Part shown: piece after piece, positions 26,290 through 36,664 of the stretch | Position numbering within the stretch: the stretch's first letter is position 1 | Layout of the letters: each line of letters starts with the position of its first letter | Assembly (NCBI RefSeq): GCF_964194155.1 | Contig: NC_135886.1 | Location: forward strand, 122,326,001-122,390,000 | DNA from: Cetorhinus maximus | Lineage: Eukaryota | Length of the DNA: 64,000 nucleotides | Direction: 5' to 3' | Translations under genes and position numbers: made by a program | Notes under the pieces: generated by a model | The model's input: the letters and a program-made list of their open reading frames with translations, nothing else | Databases searched by the model: none | Told to the model about the DNA's origin: nothing

Positions 26290-26710
26290 AAGTCACTGAC
26301 ATAGATGGTAAATAGCAAAGGCTAAAACATTTTTCTTGCCACACTCCACTTGTTACACCCTGTCACCCTGAAAATGACCTGTTAACCAATCCATGTTAAT
26401 ATATTATCCCCAATGCTTTGATCCCAAATCTTGTGTAACAATCTCCTGTGTGCGACCTTATCAAATGTCTTCTGAAAATCCAAATATACCACATGCACTG
26501 GTGCCTTCTTACCATCCAGCCAGTTTGACCCTCAAAGTCTCTCAAATTGGTCAAACACCATTTCCCAATCTGAAAACCGTGTTGTCTCTGCCTAATCACA
26601 TTATGATTCTCCAAGTGCCCTGTCACCACATCCTTAACAATAGATTCTAGCATTTCCCTATCAGGCTACCTGGCCTATAGACCCCCATTTTCTCTCTTCT
26701 ACCTTTTATA
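26290..26710 (-). mobile_element. CR1 RT internal fragment
   Basis: Encodes MLESIVKDVVTGHLENHNVIRQRQHGFQIGKWCLTNL. Confidence 0.8.
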
Positions 26711-28082
26711 TGACCAGTGGTCTGTGCTGAGTTACATTACCCTAGTTGCCACACCACTGTAGGCTTGGCTGTTGATCTCAATGTTGCTGAATTAGAAGAT
26801 GAAAAGGGGCAGGGAGGGCGACAGGGGAAAAAATGGCTTGGGTTTCCATTCTCAATTGCTATGGAGATCCTCTGCTGTAAAGTGTGTATGTGTGAAAATT
26901 AGACAAGGTCAGGATTCAGCTTGGCTGTAATGAACCTTGGGGCGAACAACCCAACACTTGAGATATCCAAGCAGGTAAAAATGTTAATTTAATTTACTCC
27001 AGTAGGGGTCACTGCTTACAGAAAAATTAGGAGCAGGGAATTCAATTATACCCATCAGAAGTACAAGATAGAAAAGCTGGTTCCTCTAACATTACAGGTG
27101 GTCTTCCTTTCAGTGTTGTCACATTGCTGTAATAGCTATACCTAGTTCACAACATATATGCCCAAGAGGCATCATATAACATGAACAAAACATCGATATT
27201 TCTTGTGCCTGGCTGATTGTTCAGGCCAAGGCACAAGCTGGGGATCCTATTTGACCACAAACTGAGCTTTGAATTCCACTTTCTAGCCACTATAAGGACT
27301 ACGTATTTTTCCACCTTAGTGAAAAAACCTGTCAACACCCTTCCTGCCAATTAAACCATCATCAACCTTTGTCATCTCCAGACTCAATTATTCCCATTAA
27401 AACAAAAAGAAACCCAAAATAAACAGAAATGTTAGAAACACTCAACATGTCAGGCAGCACCTGTGGAGGGACAAGTTGGATTAACATTTTCAGACAAATT
27501 ACCTTTGGGCCTAATAGTCATCAAACTGAAATATTAATTTTCTCTTTCCAAAAATGCTGCCTGATCTCCTCGTTATCATTCCTGCCATCCCCCCTCCCCC
27601 CCCCCCCCCCCCCCCCAATTGTTCTAATACCCTCCTTACCAGTCTCTGAATTCCACCAGTAAAAATCTGCACCTCATCCAAAAACCTGCCACTTGCATTT
27701 TACCTCATGTTAAATCTCACACCCCTATCATGTGTGTCCTCGCTGAATTTCACCAACATCTTTCTCAATGTCCCTCACCCCAACCTATTGAGAATGCTGT
27801 TCATCCAACTCCAACCACCTCTGCAACTTTCTCTTCCTCCACTACACCTACAGTTGTCTTCACCCTGCACGCTGGGATGTTCTTTCCAAACGCTTTTTAC
27901 CTTGCTCGCTCTCATTTTCTTCAGAAGACTCCTAAACCCCACCACATTCAGTTTTCCTACTGTCACTAGAATTTTTCCCCTTCACTGCTTCACGTTAGGT
28001 TATTTTTTTCAGCTCTACGAAGCACTTACGAACTTTTCATTATATCAAAGACGTTGTCAAAGTGCAAATAGGTATTACTAGG

Positions 28083-28181
28083 CCAAAAACAATAATAGCT
28101 GGAAAAACTCAGCAGGTCTGACAGCATCTGTGGAGAGGAATACAGTTAATGTTTCGAGTCCGTATGACTCCATCAGAACTA
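28083..28181 (-). mobile_element. Penelope family A terminal fragment with hammerhead-like motif
   Basis: gctggaaaaactcagcaggtctgacagcatctgtggag; minus strand 28143-28181 reads TAGTT-CTGATG-GAGTC-ATACG-GACTC-GAAAC-ATT-AACTG. Confidence 0.8.
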
Positions 28182-28394
28182 GGCCAGTTCTTCTTTCCTT
28201 AAAAGCAACAAATATGCAGCAGTAACAACTCAGAATAAGTTGGACACTTTTGTTAGCCTATAATTCATATACAATTTGTATTAAATTAGAGCATTTGGTT
28301 TGGGTTTAAGAATTTCACAGATCACAATATGGTACCAGTTCTAGCTTATTAATCAATACTGGAAAAAAGATATTCCAGAATTGACTAAATTAAT

Positions 28395-28650
28395 TTCCAT
28401 ACTCATGCTGAGGGAGTGCTACACTGTTGGAGATGCAGTCTTTAAGGTGAAACGTTAAACCAAAGGCTCCATCTGCCCTCTCAGGTGCTGTAAATGATCA
28501 TGTTACTATTCTGAAGAGCAGGGAATTCTCACCAACATCTATCCCTCAGCCAACATCAATCCCTCAGCCAACATCACTAGAGCGATTACTTGGTTATCAT
28601 GTTTGTGGGATCTTAATATATGCAAATTGGCTACCACATTTCCCAATTAC
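28395..28650 (+). mobile_element. Deu-domain SINE
   Basis: tgctgagggagtgctacactgttggagatgcagtcttt...gaagagcagggaattctc...gtttgtgggatctt...gcaaattggct; contains an internal 18-bp duplication tccctcagccaacatca. Confidence 0.7.
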
Positions 28651-28969
28651 TAGAATGAGGAGAATCTAGGAAGTGTCAATGAACAAAGATTCAGGGATCC
28701 AAATACAGAAATCACAAAGCTAGTGGACATGTAAAAAAGTAAAATGGCTGATGAAGTGTCAGCCTTTATCTCAGGAGGACTGAAGTACAGAAGGGGTTAA
28801 AGTTTGTTACAGCTGTAGAGATCCCTGCACCTTAGGAGAATTATATTAGCATTGGGATGGATACAGACTTAGCATTAGATCTTAAGACATAGGAAGAGTA
28901 GAAGGTAATGGCAAACCATTGCAGTATCTTGCCATGCATAACCACAGACCAACAGAGAGGGAGAGCAAC

Positions 28970-29615
28970 ATTCAAGAAATTCCTCCTCATCTGTCTTAAA
29001 CAGGAGGCCCTTATCTTTCAAATGTGTCCCCTAATTTTAAATTCCCAACGAAAGGAAACATCCCCTCAGCATCAAGTCCATCAAGCCCCTCAGATTCTCA
29101 TGTGTTTCAATAAGATCACCTCCCACTCTTCTAAACTACAATAAGTATAGGCCTAACCTGCTCAAACTTAGGGGTCAGCCTAATGAACCTTTTCTAAACT
29201 GCTTCCAATGTAAGTATATCCTTCCTTGAAAAGACCAAAACTGTACAGTTCTCCAGGTGCAGTCTCACCAATGCCCCTGTACAATTGTAGCCCCTGTGCA
29301 GTTGTAGCAAGACTTCCCTATATTTATACTCCACCCCCCTTGCAATAAAGACCTACATTCCATTTGCCTTCCCAATTACGTGTTGTACCTGCATGCAGAC
29401 TTTGATTCACGTACGAGGACACCCAGATCTCCCTGTACCACAGCATTACACTGTCTCTCTCCATTCAAATATTCTGCTTTTCTATTCTTCCTGCCAAAGT
29501 GAAGAACCTCATACTTTCCAACATTATACACCATCTGCCAAATTTTTGCCCACTCACTTAACCTATTTATCTCTCTTTGCATCTTCTTTACAACTTGCTT
29601 TCCTGCCTATCTTGG
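28970..29615 (-). mobile_element. CR1 3' fragment
   Basis: Encodes QREINRLSEWAKIWQMVYNVGKYEVLHFGRKNRKAEYLNGE...QGDLGVLV. Confidence 0.88.
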
Positions 29616-29654
29616 TAATAACCTATAGATGATACCAAGACTGAAATCAAGGAG

Positions 29655-29745
29655 AGTCATACAGACTCAGATCGTTAACTCTGTCTTTTTCTCCACAGAT
29701 GCTGTCAGGCCTGCTGAGTTTTTCCAGCAATTTTTGTTTTTGTTT
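29655..29745 (+). mobile_element. Penelope family A terminal fragment
   Basis: gagtcatacagactc...gttaactctgtctttttctccacagatgctgtcaggcctgctgagtttttccagc. Confidence 0.75.
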
Positions 29746-29799
29746 CTGACACCAAGGCCGAAAGGGTTAAGTTACAAGCTCATATTGTATAAATCGGGT

Positions 29800-30035
29800 T
29801 TATTCATTCACGTGTGCTCTGACTGAAGGGCAGGCAATGAGCCAAGGACCTGCCTTCGGCAGGAGTTTCTTTTGCAGTTACTTTCAGTGGCGGTTTGCCA
29901 TTACCTTCCACTGTCAGGGGTAGGGTGAGGAAGCAGGTCCCAAGTCTACGTCAGCTGGAACAGGAATCAAACCTTGAGCTGCTGATGTACTGAAACACAT
30001 GCTCACCATCTAGCCAACTGAGCTAAACCCCATCC
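29800..30035 (-). mobile_element. tRNA-derived SINE with an RTE-related motif
   Basis: Minus strand has A-box-like tagctcagttgg, B-box-like ggtttgattcc, then ggaaggtaatggcaaacc, which also occurs at ~28900. Confidence 0.55.
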
Positions 30036-30059
30036 CAACCCAGAGATTTTTTTCACTCC

Positions 30060-30690
30060 CTTGAAAATAGAAGATTATGGAATGATCCATTTGGACTTAA
30101 GATAATGAAAAAGAGTTGACAGAGAAACTATTTCCACTGATGGGAGAATCCACAATAAGGGGGAAATAACTTAAAACTAGAGCTATGTTATTATAATGAG
30201 ATGTCAAGGAGCACTTCTTCACACAAAAGGTAGTGCAAACTTGAAACTCCTGATCCCAAAAGAAAGCTGTTGAGATGAGGTTAAATAAAAAAAACTTCCA
30301 AAACAGAGATCAACAGACTTTGTTAAACAAAAGGTATTACGAGTTACAGGACCAAGGTGGGTCCATAGAGTTAAGATATGGATCAGCTGTGATTTAAATG
30401 GATGGCTGAACCAACTCAAGCATTGAATGACCTGCTCCTGTTCCTATGTTCATTAGCTGTTAAAAAAAAATCAGGGTATCCTGAGGTCATGAAGGATGCT
30501 ATACAAATACAAGTTCAATCAATCAGTCAAGGTGTTCAAGAGGGAATTAGACTGTTATTTGGAAAAGGAACAATGTGCAGGGTTACAGAGAGAAGGCAAG
30601 AGAATGGCACTAGGTGAAATGCTCATCCAGAGAATCAGTGGGCGACATGATGGGCCGAAAGGCTATAACAATTCCGAGATTCTGAGACTC
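30060..30690 (+). mobile_element. Two CR1 3' tails
   Basis: Similar to other CR1 ends (cacttcttcacacaaaaggtagtg...; gtgttcaagagggaattagac...tgggccgaaaggc). Confidence 0.65.
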
Positions 30691-30980
30691 AGACGTCTTT
30701 ATATCAATGGACATTGACAATTTTATTCCATGCTAATAGATCTGTCGTCTACAGTAACTGAAACCCATTCAAGATCAGCTCCAATGTGACCTGACTACTA
30801 CTCTATCTTATTTTAAATGTAGCTGATACGCATTTCACTCCCACTCACCCTCCCCCTAAAAACTTCATTTGGCAAACGAGTTGATTTTAATAGGCGCTTC
30901 TGTAGGATAGGGATAACTTATTTAATTCACACATAGACACAACACTCGCGTCGTCTCCGTAGGTGAAGTAGACAATTTAC

Positions 30981-31328
30981 CTGTAACATGGTAACAACGT
31001 GACATGGGTTCAATAGGTAAATTAAGGTTTTGGTGGCAAATTTGAAGCCAACTTCAATACCAAAGGTGAGGCACAGGGCGACTAAGAGCAGGTTCTTGCC
31101 CAGGCTATCCTGCTTAGCATGGCACACTTTCCCCAGCTCTTGCTGCTTAATCTTGCGATACGCCACGGCCATCTCCAGCAAGGAGATGGTCACGAAGATG
31201 ATACTCTCCACCCATCGCTGGCGGAGAGGCAGAAACGCTGCGCACTCGGGTCCCCCGTTACCGGCGAATTTGGGGTCCACGCCTCCGTACGCCCAGTCCA
31301 GCAGCAGGCAGACGTTGTACCGATACAT
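30981..31328 (-). CDS. TMEM164: TMEM164 first coding exon (116 aa)
   Basis: [33 protein letters not shown]...[42 protein letters not shown] closely matches the recalled human TMEM164 N-terminus. It ends at the canonical donor CAG|gtaaat in phase 0. Confidence 0.96.
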
Positions 31329-31399
31329 ATTCCTCTTCTCGTCTTGGTCAGAGCAAGCAGGAGACAGGGCAAAGACTAAAACATTCGTTTCTTGCCGGA

Positions 31400-32000
31400 A
31401 CATGAACTTTGCAAGAGGCCTTTCTGCTCTAAGGTCCACAGAACGGAACAAGCGGGAATCAGCCAGCGGTGGCTTCCAGGTCCCTGATGGTGCAGAGTTT
31501 CAAGCGGTCAATTCTTTTCCCCCCCCACCCCCCCAAATAAAAAATGCGCCCTCTTCTCTATTTAATATAAATCATCCCTACCAATTACTGACGCTCACTA
31601 GATGCTTTGTGACAAAGTTACCAGAGCAATTTCCTTGCACAGAAACGATAGCGGTTAAAATAGTCTAAAATAGGATTGGTTGAGGCTGCCTCGAATCCCA
31701 CCCACTTTAGACATTGACAGATTTCGCTCAGCCAGTCACATTTAAAGAGGCAATGCCTTTCATTTCGGAATGTGTCAGCTCCGACCACCGAGCGCCTAAA
31801 CAATAGAAGGGAGAGAAATGCGTTTTATTTGGAGGAAAGTGCTCACTCTGTATAGTAACTTTCTTCTGAGGGGGTTTTTTTTTTCCCGGGTCCGCAATAG
31901 ACATGAAAGGAGCATCAGGGGAGCCTTTCATTCGTTCATTTCGTCAAATGTGCTCATTTCCTTTCGGGCCAAATATAACTGAACGAGTCACTTCACCAGA
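31400..32000 (-). promoter_or_regulatory. CpG-enriched putative TMEM164 promoter/5' region
   Basis: Repeat-free and richer in CpG than the flanks. It contains CCAAT at 31581-31585 (+) and 31675-31679 (-), a TGACG half-CRE at 31589-31593 and an AT-rich TATA-like stretch at 31561-31571. The TSS cannot be determined. Confidence 0.5.
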
Positions 32001-32929
32001 ACCTGGATGTGTTTCTATTTGCTCACCAACTAGCACATCCCCCTACCACCATCCCAACCAATCTTTCATTATTTTATGTTCTGTTCTATTCCAGACAGGC
32101 AATTATGCATGATATCGTTCAAGTCTATTTGGGTGGAATAATCAGTTTAGTCGACTTAGTTTTTAACGAGTTCGATTAAGGCGAATCATTAATCATTTAG
32201 CTCATTGATGTGTATCTGGGAGGAGGGGGTTGAATTCCACCCTTTAACATTCTGCAGAAACAAACGGATTGTTAAAAGCTGCAATGAGTTTGTGGGGGGA
32301 AAAAATGTGTACATAGGGAGCAGACGGTCGGGATTAAAAATTTGCTGTATTTTCATAGGAAGTGTTTTTTTTCCCCCAAATATCTGTTTATTGTTATTTA
32401 GGATGTGTGTGGTCCCCATTTGCCACACGCCACAATGAGACGATTCAGCTTACAATGGGCAACAATCCAACAGAAAATCTTGGAAGTACATGGCCAGACC
32501 CACCCCTGCCCCCGAAACATTCAACAGGTCAGTCAGTCAGCGTCTATGGAGAGAGTAATTGTTTCAGGGTCAGCTCCTTGGCCAGAATTGAAAAAAAACC
32601 AGAAACATCTAAAGGGAGTGAACAAAGGGAGTGGAGGAGAGACGCACACAAAAGGAGGAAATCGAATTTCTTACTAAGTGCTCAAAAGAAAAACAAATAC
32701 AATGGCTGGAGTAACATTTAAATTGAAAGAAGCAAAAAAAGAAAAAAAATTGCATTTAGATTTGCCTTTCACCACCTCAGTACTTACCAAAGCAATGAAC
32801 AATGAAATGATGTGCTTTTGCAATGTAATTATGCAATAGCTAATTTCCAGAGAACTCCCACAGACAGCAATAAAATACCAGATCATCTGTTATTTAGGTG
32901 TTGAATGGATATAAATCCCTTCTCCTGCT

Positions 32930-33260
32930 TAGGCAGTTCCTTGGGATTGAGGATGACTTGCTTCCACTCCAGGTTGATGGGTTCTGAGACGGTTGATAAA
33001 TCCAATGTGTAATCTGCAGACTGTGCCACGTGGTGCCTTGAAAGGTCGGGTAGATGGGTTGTTTGGAAGTTTGTGGGCTCTCTCTGGCACCTCAACTTCA
33101 CCTTACAAAGTCTCTTGATGTGTTCGGTGCCTTCCCAAACAAACCTTCTCCATTTGGTCGGTCACAAGCCAGGGACTCCCATGAGTCAGTGGGGATGTTT
33201 GACCTCTTTAGGGATGCTTTGAAGACATCCCTACAGCGTTTCCGCTGTCCTCCTAGGACA
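32930..33260 (-). mobile_element. RTE-clade LINE 3' end
   Basis: Encodes GGQRKRCRDVFKASLKRSNIPTDSWESLACDRP, a typical RTE C-terminus; homologous to 62715-63320. Confidence 0.8.
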
Positions 33261-33277
33261 CCACCAAGTTGTGTGTA

Positions 33278-33380
33278 GAACAAAAACAGAAAATGCTGGA
33301 AGAACTCAGCAGGCCTAACAGCATCTGTGGAGAGAAAACAGAATTAACGTTTCAAGTCTGTATGATGCTTCTTCAGAAGT
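33278..33380 (-). mobile_element. Penelope family A terminal fragment with hammerhead-like core
   Basis: Minus strand 33341-33380 reads ACTT-CTGAAGA-AGCATC-ATACA-GACTT-GAAAC-GTT-AATTC. Confidence 0.75.
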
Positions 33381-33464
33381 TCGAACCCAGGTCCCCGGAG
33401 TGTCAATCCTGGGTTTCCAGATTACTGGCCTGGTGACAATACCACGATGCCACTGCCTCCCCTA

Positions 33465-33690
33465 ATCATGGTATCATGGGATCTTTTACATCCAACTGAG
33501 AGGTATGACTGAGCTTCGATTAAACCTTTCATCCAAAAAAATGGGGCTTGCAACACTGCTGCACTCCTTTGGTACTGTACTGAAATGTCAGCCTAGATTG
33601 TGTTCTCAAATATCTGGGCAGGGGCTTCAATTCACTTGCTGACTCAGGGGTAAGATTGCTACCAACTGAGCCATAGCTGCCACTGTGAAA
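33465..33690 (-). mobile_element. Deu-domain SINE 5' part with tRNA-like head
   Basis: Minus strand tggctcagttggtagc...gaattgaagcccc...cagtacagtaccaaaggagtgcagc...ggatgtaaaagatcccatg. Confidence 0.6.
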
Positions 33691-33989
33691 GTGGCAGTTG
33701 CCATGTGAGTAGCTGCGACTATGAGGAATAATGTAGGTGTGAAATGCAAATCCAACAGCATAAGAAGAAAAAAAGCAGGCCCATACTAAGTATAAAGACT
33801 GCCCCACTAGAACGTCTCCAGCCCAGACCTAACTTGTCTTTAATGCTCCAGAAACAACAATACCATGGCAAAGCGAGATCCTCAGCTGTGGACAGTGGAA
33901 GACAGTTCAGAAGTTCTGCTTGGGAAAGTGGCATCATTAGAGCAGCCGTGAAGGACAAGAAGAAACTGGGAGAAAGGAATGAAGTCGTA

Positions 33990-35340
33990 GGATCATTAAG
34001 GCACACAAAGAAGTCATTCAACCCTTCGACCATGCCAGCTCTCTGTAGAGCAATCTAGTCAGTCCAATTCCCCTATTCTATCCCTATAGCCCTGCAAGTT
34101 TATTTCTCTCAAGAGCCCAACCAATTTCCTTTACTGATCACCTTCACTTCCACTACCCTCACTGACAACAAGCTTCAGGTCATGACCAATTTCTGCGTAA
34201 AACAATCTTCCTCACATTCCTCCTGCGTTCCTTGTCCAAAATCGTATAGCTTATACCACAGGCTAATGGGATCAGCTTTTCTTTATCTACCTTATCTAAA
34301 CCTGGCATAATCTTGTACATCTCTATCAAATCTCCCCTTAATCTCCTTTGCTCCAAGGAGAACAACTCCAGCTTCTCCAAGGTAAAAGCAAAATACTGCG
34401 GATGCTGGAAATCTAGAACAAAAACAAAAATACCTGGAAAAACTCAGCAGGTCTGATAGCATCTGCGGAGAGGACCAGCTTCTCCAACCTAATTTTGTCG
34501 TTAAAATCCCTCATCCCTGGAACCATTTTGGTAAATCTCCACTGCACCATCTCAGGAACCCTCACATCCTTCCAAAAGTTTGGTGACCAGAACTGGACAT
34601 AGTATTCTAGTTGTGACCTACCAAGAGCTTTATAAAGGTTCGGCATAACTTTCCTGCTTTTGTACTCAATACCACTATTTATAAAGCCCAAGATCTCATA
34701 TGCTTTGCTAATTACTCTACCAGTAAGCCCTGCCACCTCTAACAGTCTGTGCATGCGAACCCCAAGGTCCTTCTGTCCCTAGATGTTCATTAGAACTGTT
34801 AGAACCATTAAACTTGTATTGCCTCTCCTGATCTCTTCTGCCAAATTGCATCTCCTCATACTTTTCTGTATTAAATTCCATCTGCCACTTGTCTGCCCAT
34901 TCTGCTATGTCATATTACAGTTGATTTGTGTAATTCTCACTGTTCGCCATATCTCCAAGTTTGGTATCCTCAGCAAATTTTGAAATTTTACTCTATATTT
35001 CAATTTCCAAGTCATTTATATATTTCAAAGAAGCAGTGGTGCTAGCACTGGCCCTTGGGGAGCATCACTATCCAGCATCCTCCAGACTGAATGACAACCA
35101 TTTACCACAACTCACTGTTTTCTGCCCTCAGTCCATTTTTCTTATCCAAGCTGACACTGACCCTTCCATTCTATGTGCCTCAATTTTTGTTAATCAGCCT
35201 TTTGTTAAATCTGTTAAATACTTTCTTAAACTTTAACTTTGTTAAATACTTTCTTAAAATCCAGATGTGCATCTTCTATTGCATTACCTTCATCAATGTC
35301 CTCTGTTACTTCATCAAAACATTCAATTAAATTAGTCAAT
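33990..35340 (-). mobile_element. CR1 3' fragment with nested Penelope insertion
   Basis: ORFs 34413-34754 and 34180-34380 encode the CR1 RT C-terminus (LYKALGRSQLEYYVQFWSP...RLEKL|ELFSLEQRRLRGDLIE), split by the insertion. Confidence 0.88.
34381..34474 (-). mobile_element. Penelope family A 94-bp insertion with 13-bp TSD
   Basis: Direct repeat ccagcttctccaa at 34368-34380 and 34475-34487 flanks the family A terminus. Confidence 0.9.
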
Positions 35341-35409
35341 TATGATCTGCCTCGTACAAGTGGAATCTTTACAACAATTGCATTTATAAACTGCTTATAT
35401 ATGTTTACA

Positions 35410-36330
35410 TATTTAGAGTGAAAAAAATCTAATGTGTTTAAAAAAAGGATGTTGAGCCAAATAAAGAGATATTAGAAGGACTGACCAAAAGCTAGGTCAA
35501 ATTTTATGAAGGTCATCAAATAGAAGGAGTATGTGAAGAGGCAGAGAGGTTTAGGAGGGAATTTCAATGTAACAGACCTAGGCAGTTAAAGGCAATGCCA
35601 CTGATTGTAGGAGAAAGAAGTGACAAATGTACATACAGACAAAGTCAAAGGGCCAAAGAGTTTTTATTTGGGAGGGTTGGTGTGGAAGGATGGAGGAAGT
35701 TACAGATATGTGGATGGGCAAAGCCATAAAGGATTTAAACATCAGGAAGAGAATTTTATATTTGAGGTGCTGGGAGTTGAGTAAGGGCAGAGGTGATCGG
35801 TGAGTGGGATGATGCAGGATTGGATAAAGCGGTAGAATTTTGGATATGAAAAGTTTACGGAGTCTGGGGAAGTGAGCTGACGAGGATGATATTGGACTAG
35901 TCAAGTCTGAAGGTAAGAAAGTTATCAATGGGGATTAGTAGCAGATGGACCTAGGTAGAGGTAACAAAAGCTAATGTTACGCAGGTGGAAATTGATGGAA
36001 TGGGAAGAGGTACATTCCAGGTCATTTGGTAATTTACAGGATTGTAACATGTGTTAAGCCAGTCCCTGGAGATAGAGAAAGAGATACCCACTGAAAGAAG
36101 AGAAAAATCAGAGATTGGCCACTGAAAGCCAAGAGATGGGTGGAAATTTGAAACATACTTCAATTCTCCAAATAAGGTTGGGAGCATGAAGCAAATTCAA
36201 TACAGTCATCAGTGTAAGGGAGAAAGAGTTTACGGCAGGGACTAAGTAGGACCTGTGCATTTAACATATCCTACAAAAAATCAGGAATAGCTGGGGCCCG
36301 TGTGGGTGACTTAGCAACAATTTTTATCTG
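35410..36330 (-). mobile_element. Old L2 LINE fragment
   Basis: Contains the peptide QHLKYKILFLMFKS (L2 RT C-terminal region); purine-rich plus strand like the other L2 copies. Confidence 0.55.
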
Positions 36331-36664
36331 GAGGCCTATAGTCACTGAAAAAAACCCCTTCATCAGAAAAGATAAACATAGATAAATTCAGTAAATCTAG
36401 GAGAAAGTATGAATTTCGACCCTTTTCTATAATAGTATTCAATTGTATAAATAGTGTCATTTTCATTTTTTAAAGAAAATGTGTTTCAAAACACCGCCAT
36501 AGTTTATCATAAGATTTGCACAAAATTACACATTCGTACAGTGAAGTAGTATATTTTAGATTTCTTTGGGAACAGAACAGTGTTCTGGTGGTCAGCAAGA
36601 TTTGACAATGGTCAATGGGATTTAGCTAAGTCAATGGGAAACAAAGCCTGGCAAAGATATTTTT

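Noticed and set aside
30927-30980. ORF-track C-terminus [17 protein letters not shown]
   Set aside because: Read-through into the intron past the CAG|gtaaat donor; homology continues in the exon at 1961-2010.
31030-31668. 212-aa plus-strand ORF overlapping the TMEM164 exon
   Set aside because: Antisense shadow of a GC-rich coding exon with a non-ATG start and no recognisable domain.
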